Below, piece after piece: positions 35,093 through 45,644 of a DNA stretch of 64,000 nucleotides. Origin of the DNA: Escherichia phage UoN_LG358_1; the sequence record OK570374, one strand, 5' to 3'. The number at the start of each line of letters is the position of its first letter. The first letter of the stretch is position 1. The position numbers and the translations under genes were made by a program. The notes under the pieces were generated by a model. It was not told where the DNA came from, did not search any database, and saw nothing but the letters and a program-made list of their open reading frames with translations.

Positions 35093-35665
35093 TTACCATT
35101 CCAATGCTTGTTTTTTAAATTGTTTTTGTTCTTTAACATTTTTGGTCACGTCTTTCAAAAATTCATCTGTGACCAACCCTTTGGCTTCTTTTAACACTAT
35201 GCCCAATTTACCTTTGCGTTCTAGAGTTTCTCTATAAACCTGAGCGTCATTTAAATTAATAGTATAATATTTCATTAATACCCTGAGAATAAGTATCTCC
35301 TGGGTATCCTCTATTAACTTAGCCCACTTACCAAAACGGCGGCCTTGAGGAACAGCAGCTACCATATAGTTGAAATGTGCTTCATCTGACAGTTCAGAAC
35401 CGATAAGATTCATTGTATAAACTGCTGTCATGCATTCCGGATGTTGCGATAACGCATTTTCAACCATGAATTTGTTATATTCTTTTTGAGCGATGGAACA
35501 TTGTTTCTTTTCGTTAATTGCGCCGATTATTTCAAAAAATTCATTTTCTGCTTTCTGTTTGAAAGTATCAGCCATTTCTTGAACTTTGTTCCAATCTTTA
35601 GAATACCAAGCTACCTGATGCTCATTAAATTGGACGTCATCATCAAATAAACTCATTATTTCCAC
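35093..35665 (-). CDS. 62: Clamp-loader small subunit gp62
   Basis: 190 aa; position between 44 and regA with coupled overlaps. Confidence 0.85.
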   Translation of the reverse strand: MEIMSLFDDDVQFNEHQVAWYSKDWNKVQEMADTFKQKAENEFFEIIGAINEKKQCSIAQKEYNKFMVENALSQHPECMTAVYTMNLIGSELSDEAHFNYMVAAVPQGRRFGKWAKLIEDTQEILILRVLMKYYTINLNDAQVYRETLERKGKLGIVLKEAKGLVTDEFLKDVTKNVKEQKQFKKQALEW

Positions 35666-36621
35666 TCATTATTAAGTTCAGCTGTTAAACGCAAGAACAT
35701 ATACATCACATGAAGTTCAGTATTTGAGGCAACTCCTTTGTACTGGTTGTTTTCACCAATAATTTCGTACATTGCCATTATACCAGGTCCTTTAAGCATA
35801 GAGTATAATTCTTCGGCGAGTTTACCTACAAACCAAGAGTAATCAGTAGAATATTTTGGAGCCAAAGCCCTAAGCTGTTTAACATCTCGATTTTTTAGAG
35901 CATCAATCACATCTGAAATTGAACTAGAGTCTTTAGTTACAATACTCAGAATTCCAGCATCCAGAACGCCTTTGGACGAATACATATCAAGTTCGCCAAT
36001 AGTCTTACGAAAATCTGGAAAGTTCTTTTTAACTAAAGCAGCAACAACTTTTAAATCGGCGATTTCAATGTTTTCATTTTTACATATTTCAACCATACGA
36101 CGAATCATCTGTTTCATCATTGTTGTACGGTCTTCTTCTGTTGCTTGGCCAAATTTAATTACTCGGCAACGCGAACGAAGTGGTTCAATAATGCCGTCAA
36201 TATTGTTGGCAGTAATAATAACAGAACAGTTACTTGAATATGCTTCTAAAAATGAACGCAAATGACGCTGAGATTCAGCAAGTCCAGAACGGTCAAATTC
36301 GTCAATAACAATAACTTTTTGACGACCTTCAATAGAAGCAGAACTTGCAAAATTAGTTAATGGCCCACGGACAAAATCAATTTTACAATCTGAACCATTC
36401 ACAAACATCATATCAGCATTTGTGTCATTACACAAAGCTTTTGCTGTAGTTGTTTTACCTGTACCTGGTGAAGCAGATACCAGAATCATATGAGGGATTT
36501 TACCGCTTTTAACAATTTTATTCATTGTTTCGCGGTCGGCGGCGGGAAGGATACATTCTTCAATTGTAGAAGGACGATACCGTTGTTCAAGGATGTGTTC
36601 TTTTTCGTTAATTGTAATCAT
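35656..36621 (-). CDS. 44: Clamp-loader ATPase gp44 (RFC-like)
   Basis: 321 aa; Walker A SPGTGKTT, Walker [12 protein letters not shown] motif. Confidence 0.9.
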   Translation of the reverse strand: MITINEKEHILEQRYRPSTIEECILPAADRETMNKIVKSGKIPHMILVSASPGTGKTTTAKALCNDTNADMMFVNGSDCKIDFVRGPLTNFASSASIEGRQKVIVIDEFDRSGLAESQRHLRSFLEAYSSNCSVIITANNIDGIIEPLRSRCRVIKFGQATEEDRTTMMKQMIRRMVEICKNENIEIADLKVVAALVKKNFPDFRKTIGELDMYSSKGVLDAGILSIVTKDSSSISDVIDALKNRDVKQLRALAPKYSTDYSWFVGKLAEELYSMLKGPGIMAMYEIIGENNQYKGVASNTELHVMYMFLRLTAELNNEWK

Positions 36622-36689
36622 AATTTCCTCATATTAATATTCAAAGCAATGGGGCCGTAACCCCATTTTAAATCATTTTATTTACAGCA

Positions 36690-37376
36690 TTAAAAATCAT
36701 GAGTAGAATCAGCTTCCATAGCTACTACATAACTTGCATGTTCACCTTCAAACTTAGCTGCTGTTTTCTTACCATCAGCCCACAGCATCAGTTTGTATGA
36801 AGCGGGTTGCATTTTCATATTAGCCATGTTAATAACAAAGTTAAAGTTATTGGTGCCGTCATAATCGCCCAAAGTCAAAGAATATTTCACACGAACCAAA
36901 GCAGAATCTTCAACTTTATTATAACCGTTCAGAATAATTTTACCATCTTTATTGGTGAATGTGATGGTATCAATCTGCAAACCACGAGAAACTCGCATCA
37001 GCTGCTGAAGGTCTTCACCTTTAAAATCTACAATAACTGAAGCGACCGGGAACGGAATTGGCTTGCTTGGAAAAACAATGGTGCTTGGGTCAGCTGCTGG
37101 CCAGAAAATAGTTGAACGAGCATCTGCGATTTTCACATTACCATAATCTGCCATGGAAATCTCTGCGTCTTCATTAACCAAACCAAGAATACCCAGAAAA
37201 CCATTCAAATCATAAATTGCTACTTCAAAATCAATTGTGTCAGCGATAGTTGCTTCAGCATAAGTTGTGCCGTTTACAGCACGTGTCATGATAAAGTTAC
37301 CCTGCTTAAGCATGATACCAGAGTTAATAGTAGAGAAATTTTTCAGAATATTCAGAGTATCTTTAGACAGTTTCAT
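36690..37376 (-). CDS. 45: Sliding clamp gp45
   Basis: 228 aa from MKLSKDT; near-colinear with recalled T4 gp45. Confidence 0.9.
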   Translation of the reverse strand: MKLSKDTLNILKNFSTINSGIMLKQGNFIMTRAVNGTTYAEATIADTIDFEVAIYDLNGFLGILGLVNEDAEISMADYGNVKIADARSTIFWPAADPSTIVFPSKPIPFPVASVIVDFKGEDLQQLMRVSRGLQIDTITFTNKDGKIILNGYNKVEDSALVRVKYSLTLGDYDGTNNFNFVINMANMKMQPASYKLMLWADGKKTAAKFEGEHASYVVAMEADSTHDF

Positions 37377-37417
37377 TATTTTTCCTTTCAATTACACGTT
37401 TAATAAGATTTATTATA

Positions 37418-37810
37418 TTACTTAAAAGTTTTTGCAAGTTCTTCGATAACTTCTTCAGATACCAGCAAAGCAGCAGAAATCAATTGTTCATCAGCGTTAA
37501 CGCAGAAATCATCTTCAAGACGCTCGCCACCAATACGGTCCAGAACAAATTTAGCGCCGGCAGAAACAGACTCATTGTAATGTTTCCGCATCAGTTCAAT
37601 CCATTTATCATTTACGGCACGGTCAATTGACTGATAATATGCATGACGCGCTTCAGCAATAGGGATACGTTTGCGGATAAGTTCAGCACCTTGTTCACCC
37701 ATAGCAAGTACCCATGCTCGACGAATTTTGTTTTGGTTATTAGGGTTAGAGTCAGTACGTACATTTTTAGGCTGGATATCTTTAGTATCAATTGCAAAAT
37801 TCAAGTTCAT
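37418..37810 (-). CDS. Hypothetical protein in the rpbA position
   Basis: 130-aa ORF between 46-region genes and 45; T4 RpbA size and position. Confidence 0.55.
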   Translation of the reverse strand: MNLNFAIDTKDIQPKNVRTDSNPNNQNKIRRAWVLAMGEQGAELIRKRIPIAEARHAYYQSIDRAVNDKWIELMRKHYNESVSAGAKFVLDRIGGERLEDDFCVNADEQLISAALLVSEEVIEELAKTFK

Positions 37811-37826
37811 AATATTTCCTATTCAA

Positions 37827-38018
37827 TTAATCAAAATATTCTATTACTGTCCAAGCGGTGTTGCGGTTAGACATTATTTTAACATATTCGTCTTTAAAAG
37901 CATCTCTGAGCTGTATTTCAGTAACTAAGTGGTCTTCACCTGAAAAATTATTAGTCAGAATATATCTTTTAATTTCCGGTACGGCCAACAGCTGTTGGCC
38001 ATTTTTAAAGTCTGTCAT
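37827..38018 (-). CDS. Hypothetical small protein
   Basis: 63-aa ORF overlapping the gene 46 end. Confidence 0.4.
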   Translation of the reverse strand: MTDFKNGQQLLAVPEIKRYILTNNFSGEDHLVTEIQLRDAFKDEYVKIMSNRNTAWTVIEYFD

Positions 38019-39700
38019 TTTTCCATTACCGTGAATCTGCCAACTTTCTTCATCTGAAGATGTTGCCCATAATCCTGCGGGTCATGGTCTTTATGGCTTA
38101 TGATAAAGATATTACTATCAGTCATTCCATTGAGAATTGTTCCTACTCGCTTAATACCTTCATTATCAAACGCGCCATCATAAACTTCATCAAGAAAGAG
38201 ACAGTTAATTTTAACATTAGAAACTTTTTCAGCAATGTCTCGCCACGTGAACAGCAACGCAATATCAATACGAGCTTTTTCGCCTTGGCTGAATGACGCA
38301 TAACTGAATTCTTCGCGCCCGCGAGATTTAATAGTTTCGGTGAATTCTTCGTTCAAAGTAAAGACATAATCAGCTTCCATAATTTTAAGATACTGATTAA
38401 TCTGTTTGTTGAACATCGGAATATATTTGCTAATAATAGCTCCCTTGATACCCGAATCTTTCAGCATTTCAGTTAAAATGCCTCGATGATATTTTTCCAT
38501 AACCATATTGGATTTGGTATCAACTATTTTATTCAATTCTTCGTTAAGCGTTTTAATCTCATCGGCATGATTGATGAATTCTTTTGATGCTTTTTCAATC
38601 GCCGCTTTTACTTTTTTAGCCTTTTCTACTGTTGAAATTAAAGTTTGCTTTTTAGATTTTATGTCTTGAGCAAGTTCACGTTGCGTTCTAACGTTGCTCT
38701 CATATTCATGCACTAGTGTCTCTAGATTGGCTCTATGACTTTCTAACGACTCTGATTTATGTTTACATTCATTAATCTTATCGTTAATCTGAGTGACTAG
38801 AGATGACCCAGAGTCTAATTGTTGCATGCATGTTGGGCATGAACCTCCAGAATGATACAAAGAAACAACCTTGTTATATGAGTCAATTTTAGACTTAATC
38901 AACAGAGTTTGATTACCAATTTCAGTAAACGCGGACCGAGGGTCTTCATCAAGCACGATAGATGTTAAACGCTCAGTTGCTTTTTCAATTTCGGATTTGA
39001 TAGAACGTGCTTCAGTCGCAAGTTCATCATACATGGTCTGAAAACGAGCTATATTTTCTCCTGATAGCTTTTTCTGGCGTTCAACGTTCTCTTCATAAAT
39101 TTTAATCTGTTGGATAATTCCGTCTTTCTTTGCGTCCAACACAGAGACTTGTGAATTAATTTCTCTTATATGAGATTTATTCAATTTATCCATTTCAGCT
39201 AATGTAGAAACTTCGAGCAAGTCTTCTACTAACTTCCGCCGAGCTGGAGTACTCAAACCCATGAACGGTGTATAACCAGCTGTACCAAGCACAACTACTT
39301 GCTTAAAGCTGGAATAAGACATTTTGATAAGTTCTTCAAAATAGCTTTGAAAATCTTTAACAGAAGCTGCCTCGTCCAGGCGAACTCCGTCTCGAGTTAT
39401 TTCAAAGATATTCGGCTTTTGACCGCGCTTTATATAAAAATGCTTACCGTCATACTCCATCCAAAGCTCTACTAACATATCTTTTTTATTAATAGAGTTT
39501 ACTAGTTGTCCTTTCTTAATATCACGGAACGGTTTGCCAAATAAAGCAAATGTAATAGCTTCCAGCATGGTACTCTTACCACCACCATTTTTGCCGGTGA
39601 TGAGAGTTTTTTGTACCTTATCAAGTTGAATATCAATTGGAACTTGTCCAACAGACATTATATTAGAATATTTTACTCTATTAAGTTTAAAGGTTTTCAT
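38015..39700 (-). CDS. 46: Recombination nuclease subunit gp46 (Rad50/SbcC-like ATPase)
   Basis: 561 aa; Walker A GKNGGGKST; near-colinear with recalled T4 gp46; C-terminus QHLQMKKVGRFTVM. Confidence 0.9.
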   Translation of the reverse strand: MKTFKLNRVKYSNIMSVGQVPIDIQLDKVQKTLITGKNGGGKSTMLEAITFALFGKPFRDIKKGQLVNSINKKDMLVELWMEYDGKHFYIKRGQKPNIFEITRDGVRLDEAASVKDFQSYFEELIKMSYSSFKQVVVLGTAGYTPFMGLSTPARRKLVEDLLEVSTLAEMDKLNKSHIREINSQVSVLDAKKDGIIQQIKIYEENVERQKKLSGENIARFQTMYDELATEARSIKSEIEKATERLTSIVLDEDPRSAFTEIGNQTLLIKSKIDSYNKVVSLYHSGGSCPTCMQQLDSGSSLVTQINDKINECKHKSESLESHRANLETLVHEYESNVRTQRELAQDIKSKKQTLISTVEKAKKVKAAIEKASKEFINHADEIKTLNEELNKIVDTKSNMVMEKYHRGILTEMLKDSGIKGAIISKYIPMFNKQINQYLKIMEADYVFTLNEEFTETIKSRGREEFSYASFSQGEKARIDIALLFTWRDIAEKVSNVKINCLFLDEVYDGAFDNEGIKRVGTILNGMTDSNIFIISHKDHDPQDYGQHLQMKKVGRFTVMEK

Positions 39701-40529
39701 TTAATATCCGTCTGTCAAATTCGGCTACTATAGCTTGTAAAGAACTTGTTATGGGATGCCCGAGTTTAATAAGTTCTTTTGAAAATGTAGAATATCTAGG
39801 TTTATTCATTTTAATCCACTCTGTATAAAGCAAATCAAAATTTTGCCATTGATACGATTTTCTTCTGGATTTTAAATGAGCCTCTCTAATTTCGTCATTC
39901 TTCCAACTTTGAGAAACTCCCAATGATAAAGATTTACGATAATCTAAATTTTTAGATGAGAGTCTAGTTGCATTTAAATGCTTAATTTTATTTTCTGGAT
40001 TTTCAAACCACTCTTTAGTTTTCTTAGATACTAAAGACTTAAATTCATTTGAATTTACTCGTTCCAGGTGAATTTTTAAATTATCGGAATTTTCAAACCA
40101 TCGTTTGACTGCTTGGCTAATTTTTATTCTGTTTTCTGCTATTGAATAATAACTGGACATTTTGATTGAAATAGCCTTTGAAATTTCAGTAGAAACTTTT
40201 GAATATATTTTAGCCATTTCTTCAAATTCTTCAAAACTACATTTATAAGCAGTTTTGCTATTATTCATTCTATTAATAGCTTGCAACATTCTATAATCTT
40301 TAGTTTCAGACAATATAGCATGTGCAATAAAATGGTTATAATGTGTTAAATGCACAATATTTGACGGGTCTTTAGCATATTCTGGAAAAATGGACTTTGG
40401 TAAAATATGATGAGCTTGAGTATGTCCTTTGTTTAACTTGGTTGAATTAGTTTTAATAAATTCTACATACTTATTAACGCCTTCCCATTGAGGGAAGGCT
40501 GCTTTTAATATAGTCTCAGCGTCAATCAT
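39687..40529 (-). CDS. Free-standing HNH homing endonuclease between genes 47 and 46
   Basis: 280 aa; HHILPKSIFPEYAKDPSNIVHLTHYNHFIAH HNH motif; basic repeat-rich C-terminal half; overlaps both neighbours. Confidence 0.8.
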   Translation of the reverse strand: MIDAETILKAAFPQWEGVNKYVEFIKTNSTKLNKGHTQAHHILPKSIFPEYAKDPSNIVHLTHYNHFIAHAILSETKDYRMLQAINRMNNSKTAYKCSFEEFEEMAKIYSKVSTEISKAISIKMSSYYSIAENRIKISQAVKRWFENSDNLKIHLERVNSNEFKSLVSKKTKEWFENPENKIKHLNATRLSSKNLDYRKSLSLGVSQSWKNDEIREAHLKSRRKSYQWQNFDLLYTEWIKMNKPRYSTFSKELIKLGHPITSSLQAIVAEFDRRILNENL

Positions 40530-41548
40530 TGATTTTGGACCTCGATATAAAGTTGATTAGCATATTTTATAACTGCTTTCCTGTCATCGTTGGATAAATC
40601 AGGTAAAGAGTTAATATATTCTTCCATAAGTTCAAGTAAGCTTTTAACTTCTACTTCAGCTTCTTCATCAACTTCAAGAGAATTATCAATCTTTGAAACG
40701 GTACGAAGCTCATGAACAACTTTTTCGAGTTCGCTTTCAAATTTTGGAAGGTCTTTATCAACTTCTGTAATAATGACACGAACTGAAATATTTTTGTAAC
40801 GATTAATATCAAATTTACCCTTAAATGGATAAATTATTTTTTGATGCCAACATGTTTCGTTTTCGATAAAATCAAAACTGTCATCTTGAGTGTCCTGTAT
40901 CCAAAAACCTCGCGGGTCATTTTCGTCTCCCGCAGTAAGTGTCCATGGTGTGCCAATATATTTGACATTAGCGGCACTAGAGATAGTATGGAAGTGTCCA
41001 GAACGAACATGTTTATATTTTTTAAGGAAATCAGGTTCCAACCCGTGGGATTTTAATCCTTTGTAGTAATAAAAACCACTTAATTCCCAATGACCAATGC
41101 AAATATCAGCATCAGATGTTTTGATGTGATTCATTATATCGGACGCGTTCTCTTCGCACATCCACGGAATCATATCAATCAAACAACCATCAAAATCTAC
41201 AGTTTCAGGAATATCATGAATTATGATATGGTCATATTTACCGAGAATCTCAGTAATCGCGTTAGGGCGAAGTGTGTTCTTATAATGCATGTCATGATTA
41301 CCAATTATGGTATGCATCGTAATACCAGCTTCATCCAATAGCGTTGCTATCTCACGGGCAAATTCCATAGTCTTATGAGTGATAGCTTTACGAACGTCAA
41401 AGATGTCGCCGTACTGAACCCATGTAGTTATGCCATGCTTTTTAGAATATTCAATCTTTTGACGTATTCCATCTCGCTGGATATTCTGAAGCCAAGGGTC
41501 ATCGCCCTTAACTCCTAAATGCCAATCACCTGTGTGAAGAATTTTCAT
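40526..41548 (-). CDS. 47: Recombination nuclease subunit gp47 (Mre11/SbcD-like)
   Basis: 340 aa; phosphoesterase motifs GDWHLG, GDIFD, GNHD, GHWE, GHFH; near-colinear with recalled T4 gp47. Confidence 0.9.
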   Translation of the reverse strand: MKILHTGDWHLGVKGDDPWLQNIQRDGIRQKIEYSKKHGITTWVQYGDIFDVRKAITHKTMEFAREIATLLDEAGITMHTIIGNHDMHYKNTLRPNAITEILGKYDHIIIHDIPETVDFDGCLIDMIPWMCEENASDIMNHIKTSDADICIGHWELSGFYYYKGLKSHGLEPDFLKKYKHVRSGHFHTISSAANVKYIGTPWTLTAGDENDPRGFWIQDTQDDSFDFIENETCWHQKIIYPFKGKFDINRYKNISVRVIITEVDKDLPKFESELEKVVHELRTVSKIDNSLEVDEEAEVEVKSLLELMEEYINSLPDLSNDDRKAVIKYANQLYIEVQNQ

Positions 41549-41688
41549 ATATCAAGCGCCGTCATAGCTGAGAGAATTAATATCATAGAAATGAACCCAT
41601 CTGGTGTAGAAAAGAATCCAACCCAACAAGCTCGGCCAAATAAGTATAATCCTGCCAATAGGCTAAGTATGCCTAAGTAAGTAATCAT
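41545..41688 (-). CDS. Putative 47-aa membrane peptide (not in ORF track)
   Basis: MITYLGILSLLAGLYLFGRACWVGFFSTPDGFISMILILSAMTALDI; stop overlaps the gene 47 ATG. Confidence 0.3.
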   Translation of the reverse strand: MITYLGILSLLAGLYLFGRACWVGFFSTPDGFISMILILSAMTALDI

Positions 41689-41760
41689 CTTTTCACCCCA
41701 AATATATTTTTAACATGTACAAAAATGATAATTAATTATATCAAATGTATAAAAAGCAAA

Positions 41761-42090
41761 TTAATACGCGCACAATATTTTTGAAACGTTTGACTGGTTA
41801 ATTTTGTGAATAAACTCACATTTTTCTTCTGGCGATAATTCGTGATTTCTGATGAGTGTCGCACAAGGATATTTTGGTGGATAATCTTTCTTTAAAACTA
41901 AAAGCAACTCATCCAAATATCCGCAACTATCATAAGCATGCCGAAGTTTAACAATATCAACATGCTTAATGCGTTCAAAATCTTTAGAGCTTTGTACTGT
42001 ACTTCGCCAATGCACTTCATTATCTTTAGTCGTTGGAGAAATATAAACTGCAACTCTTAGTTCAGTGTCATTTAATTTAATTTTTTCCAT
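41761..42090 (-). CDS. Hypothetical protein
   Basis: 109 aa from ATG at 42090 (GAGGT SD); track start is TTG. Confidence 0.45.
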   Translation of the reverse strand: MEKIKLNDTELRVAVYISPTTKDNEVHWRSTVQSSKDFERIKHVDIVKLRHAYDSCGYLDELLLVLKKDYPPKYPCATLIRNHELSPEEKCEFIHKINQSNVSKILCAY

Positions 42091-42103
42091 TATTACCTCA
42101 AAG

Positions 42104-42128
42104 AACAAAGGGAGCCTCGGCTCCCTTA
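42104..42128 (-). terminator. Possible terminator hairpin
   Basis: GGGAGCC..GGCTCCC stem with T-rich tail on the minus strand. Confidence 0.35.
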
Positions 42129-42262
42129 AATTTTACGATATGTTATAGTATTTTCGGCTTTTGCTTTATCGTGTAATAGTTTGAATTGTGACATCATTTC
42201 AGACATGCTGTTATGTATTTTTGTATAATCAACAGTCTTCTTTGGAGTTTCTGCCACGATTT

Positions 42263-42475
42263 TTACCATTTCCACCACCGTTTAACTTGAAAAGTATCAG
42301 CCCAAACTAATGTTTTTTCATCTATAGCAATCTCTGAACTTTTAGTTACACCATACGGACCAAGAATTTTGTATGTGTTTTTAGAAGTTTTTAGAGCCAT
42401 TGTTCCATTAACCATAGATAGAGTGAAACAGGCATTAACTTTAAGACGTTTGAATTTAACCTTTACTATTGCCAT
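42263..42475 (-). CDS. Hypothetical small protein
   Basis: 70-aa ORF. Confidence 0.4.
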   Translation of the reverse strand: MAIVKVKFKRLKVNACFTLSMVNGTMALKTSKNTYKILGPYGVTKSSEIAIDEKTLVWADTFQVKRWWKW

Positions 42476-42788
42476 TTACAATTTCCCAAATCTGTCGACG
42501 AGTGGTTTCCCACTGTACTTTGACAAGTTCATCTGTATAAGGTTGGCGTAAAATGTCCCGAGATTTCTCGATAGCATATTTGTACGCCGCGAAGTTATTT
42601 TCTACTACTACTGCTCTTTGTGCATGCTCATTTAAACGTTTAAGTTCTTTTGCATGCTTTTTATAAATTTTCGCTGCTTTAGCGTTAGCTTCTTGACGTG
42701 TTGCTTCTTCCATTCGAGCGATAATTTGTTCTACTTCTTCTGGGTTTTCATCAATTTTATTGATATTATCAATAATCTCTGGAGACAT
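42456..42788 (-). CDS. Hypothetical protein
   Basis: 110-aa ORF, coiled-coil-like. Confidence 0.45.
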   Translation of the reverse strand: MSPEIIDNINKIDENPEEVEQIIARMEEATRQEANAKAAKIYKKHAKELKRLNEHAQRAVVVENNFAAYKYAIEKSRDILRQPYTDELVKVQWETTRRQIWEIVNGNSKG

Positions 42789-42797
42789 TTAATTACC

Positions 42798-43052
42798 TTA
42801 TTTTGGAAAATAATCCAATGAAAAATAAAATCCGTCAGGAGATACAACATACTGATGAGGAACTTCTTTTCCATCAACAATAAATGTAATATCATGCGGA
42901 TTAGTTGGGTCAATATGAATATCCATTTCGAGAACTTCCCTTAAATACATTTTTAGTATATAAGGAATAGCTTCTAATTCTGGAATATCTTCAAGCATTC
43001 CTGCGAGGTCAATCTTCAGCCTCATATAAAAAATCCAAATTCGGAGAATCAT
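42798..43052 (-). CDS. Hypothetical protein
   Basis: 84-aa ORF overlapping the gene 55 end. Confidence 0.4.
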   Translation of the reverse strand: MILRIWIFYMRLKIDLAGMLEDIPELEAIPYILKMYLREVLEMDIHIDPTNPHDITFIVDGKEVPHQYVVSPDGFYFSLDYFPK

Positions 43053-43548
43053 CTATTTCAACACTCTTTTTGTCAGACCCTGGTGCTTTGTAGGTAGATT
43101 CTTCATAATGCGTCATTTTATCGTAGATGTCCTGAATGAACGTTTCATCTGCTAACGCGACCATATCATCGTCACGACTGTCATAGACATTGTGAACAAA
43201 ATAGCTATATTTCTTTGCCATCTCTTTGCGTTCTTTTTTGATACGCTGAACGAAAGCATTAAAACAAGCCTGAGTTATGTATGCATGTGGGTTTTTGTAT
43301 TTCTCTTCGTCAAAGTTTTTGAGACCTTTAATAGCAGCCTCAACTCCATCAGAAATCATTTCATCTTTCCATGATTGGGTGTATCCTGAAAAGTTAAAAC
43401 GCTTTGACAATCCCTCGGAAATAAGCATAATAGCTTTTCCAATAGTGTCATTCTGACGAACAAGCGTTCCTTCTGGCGCTTCTCTACATTTTTGTTTCCA
43501 TTCACATATTGCGTTGTAAAGCTCTTTGTTGTTTACATAGTCAGCCAT
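43009..43548 (-). CDS. 55: Late-transcription sigma factor gp55
   Basis: 179 aa; matches recalled T4 gp55 ([70 protein letters not shown]). Confidence 0.9.
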   Translation of the reverse strand: MADYVNNKELYNAICEWKQKCREAPEGTLVRQNDTIGKAIMLISEGLSKRFNFSGYTQSWKDEMISDGVEAAIKGLKNFDEEKYKNPHAYITQACFNAFVQRIKKERKEMAKKYSYFVHNVYDSRDDDMVALADETFIQDIYDKMTHYEESTYKAPGSDKKSVEIDDSPNLDFLYEAED

Positions 43549-43617
43549 TAATACCTCATCGCCTCAAGTTTATATATACTTTTATTATATCATATTTGTG
43601 GGACAAGAGGTTATTTG

Positions 43618-43905
43618 CTAATTAGAAGAACGAAGAATGCAATACATCTGAAAAAGTTGTTCACCAATTTCTTTAAATTGGTCAAATAAAAGAAAATAAG
43701 CTGTGTATGAATACAAGTCATTATCTTCCCAAAAATCGTTGAAACTATTAAACATTTCGGTGTAATCTTTTTGGTTGAGCTTTGAAGCATGAGAATGCCA
43801 ATATACTCCAGGCATCGCATCGGTTTCAAATTTAATTCCCATCATATAATCAACACTAAAAATACCAAAATTCTCAATAATTAATTTAAGTTCTGTTCTT
43901 TTCAT
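43618..43905 (-). CDS. Hypothetical protein
   Basis: 95-aa ORF; preferred over the overlapping 43611-43829 frame. Confidence 0.4.
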   Translation of the reverse strand: MKRTELKLIIENFGIFSVDYMMGIKFETDAMPGVYWHSHASKLNQKDYTEMFNSFNDFWEDNDLYSYTAYFLLFDQFKEIGEQLFQMYCILRSSN

Positions 43906-43943
43906 TGCTCCTCACATGTTTCGGCAAGTTTGTTCACAATTAA

Positions 43944-44195
43944 TCATAATTCAAACGCAGTAAAACTATCAGCAACTAAACTGGCAAATAGATGAAACGG
44001 AATAATGTTTTCCTCGTCTTCAACTTCTTCAATGAATTGCTCATATAAAATCTCGTTGGTATAATCACGGAAAATAGCTATATCGCTTTCCCAACATGCT
44101 CCAGTTAATTCGTTTAAAAAATAAACTGAGCCATCATTATGGATTATCCATTCTCTATAATTTTCTAAAACAATAGAAATTTGTTTATATTTCAT
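43944..44195 (-). CDS. Hypothetical acidic protein
   Basis: 83-aa ORF. Confidence 0.4.
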   Translation of the reverse strand: MKYKQISIVLENYREWIIHNDGSVYFLNELTGACWESDIAIFRDYTNEILYEQFIEEVEDEENIIPFHLFASLVADSFTAFEL

Positions 44196-44422
44196 AGAAC
44201 AAGTTCCTTAGCAGCTTCTAAAGCTTTATCCATTGAACTGAATGCATCTACTGAGTGATAATCTTTACCTGTGTATTCATATAACCACCAGGCGTCAAAG
44301 TCTTCTTCAATAACGTAACCAACACCGTTCTTCGAAGTACCTTCAATCATCAGTCTCCCATCTTCAACAGAAGCATCAAATCCTGCGAGTTCTAAATCTG
44401 CGACAATTTGTTCTTTATTCAT
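44192..44422 (-). CDS. Hypothetical acidic protein
   Basis: 76-aa ORF, coupled overlap with its neighbour. Confidence 0.4.
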   Translation of the reverse strand: MNKEQIVADLELAGFDASVEDGRLMIEGTSKNGVGYVIEEDFDAWWLYEYTGKDYHSVDAFSSMDKALEAAKELVL

Positions 44423-44678
44423 TCAGATATTCCTCAAGCTCTTTTCTTGTTAATCCTTCATTCCACATAGTAGCAGGATTAGGACAATCAGTGTTGCTAG
44501 TACTAATAGGATAATATCTCATTTCTTTACCAAGAGCATACAGACATCCAAATGCTTCGTAATAATTGACAGCTTGGTAAGTTTCAATCTGTTCTGGCAA
44601 TGAAATAGCCTTTGCGCCTGTAATAGTGGGTTTCAAGTAAACTACAATAAGTGCTATGCCTTCGCCGAATTCGCTCAT
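44415..44678 (-). CDS. Hypothetical protein
   Basis: 87-aa ORF. Confidence 0.4.
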   Translation of the reverse strand: MSEFGEGIALIVVYLKPTITGAKAISLPEQIETYQAVNYYEAFGCLYALGKEMRYYPISTSNTDCPNPATMWNEGLTRKELEEYLNE

Positions 44679-45013
44679 TTTGCCGCCTTAACAATTTTGA
44701 GGTCAACAAATCCTTTCTTGCGCTGATTTTTCATTTTACGAATAGTGCGTTCGGAAATTTCAGGTTTTTTATTTGTTGGAATACCAAAAGCATCTAGATT
44801 AAATTCATCAATAATATAACAAACAATCAATTCACGAATTCGAGCTTTTCCGATCTTCTGGTCGTTCTCTTTCATAGTTCCATGAAGAGCAGTTTCCCAT
44901 TCATCTAAAATTTCAGGCGTGACAATAACAGATTTGAATTCACCATCAACTTTCATTTCTTCAACTTTAGGGAAAACAAAAGAGTTCAGAACGTTTTTGA
45001 TAGCTTGTGACAT
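44675..45013 (-). CDS. Hypothetical protein
   Basis: 112-aa ORF. Confidence 0.45.
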   Translation of the reverse strand: MSQAIKNVLNSFVFPKVEEMKVDGEFKSVIVTPEILDEWETALHGTMKENDQKIGKARIRELIVCYIIDEFNLDAFGIPTNKKPEISERTIRKMKNQRKKGFVDLKIVKAAK

Positions 45014-45123
45014 GTTATTTTCCTCATTGGTCGTTAGATGTTTGACATAGAGATTTTAATTTAAAATCCCTATAGCAAACTCAACTCATCTGTATGTTTT
45101 TAGCATTATGAACAATTTTGAAA

Positions 45124-45309
45124 TTATCCTTCGACATACCAACCTTTATCTTGCCACGCTTCGCCTTTATACCAACGAGTCATATCATAACCGCCATTGT
45201 CGCGAACCGTTCCATTATCATAAATGAAATACTCATCTGATGTGAAATATTCATGACGAATACACTTGCCGGTAATTTTTGAAGTCATCACAGCTTCTTG
45301 GTAAGTCAT
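45124..45309 (-). CDS. Hypothetical small protein
   Basis: 61-aa ORF. Confidence 0.35.
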   Translation of the reverse strand: MTYQEAVMTSKITGKCIRHEYFTSDEYFIYDNGTVRDNGGYDMTRWYKGEAWQDKGWYVEG

Positions 45310-45575
45310 TATGCACCTCTTACAGCATCAATCAATTCTCGTACCACAGTATCCAATTCACTTGTGTATACATCCGGAACCAGAGCTTTAATACAATTAC
45401 TCATTCGTCCCGGGTAGTGTTGAGCATGATTGAGCGAAACATCTGTCCGACAACCCTTCGCCCGGAAAACAACTTCTTCGTCAGAGATTTCAACTGTGAG
45501 TGGCACTTTATCGGTGGATGAAGTACGAATAATCATTTCATACTTAATCATACTCGTTTTAGATACGATAATCAT
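45309..45575 (-). CDS. Hypothetical protein
   Basis: 88 aa from ATG at 45575 (GGAG SD); track extension is promoter read-through. Confidence 0.45.
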   Translation of the reverse strand: MIIVSKTSMIKYEMIIRTSSTDKVPLTVEISDEEVVFRAKGCRTDVSLNHAQHYPGRMSNCIKALVPDVYTSELDTVVRELIDAVRGA

Positions 45576-45594
45576 CTTTAACTCCATTTGTGTG

Positions 45595-45635
45595 GTATGA
45601 GGTAATAGTAACACAGTTTTTGGAGGATGTAAACG
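45595..45635 (-). promoter_or_regulatory. T4-type early promoter (cassette family B)
   Basis: gtaaac at 45629-45634; about 45-bp block identical to 62383-62427. Confidence 0.55.
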
Positions 45636-45644
45636 GTTGATATG

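Noticed and set aside
43611-43829. ORF 43611-43829 overlapping 43618-43905 in another frame
   Set aside because: Its product is low-complexity and hydrophobic with no RBS; the 95-aa frame is more protein-like. Neither is strongly supported.
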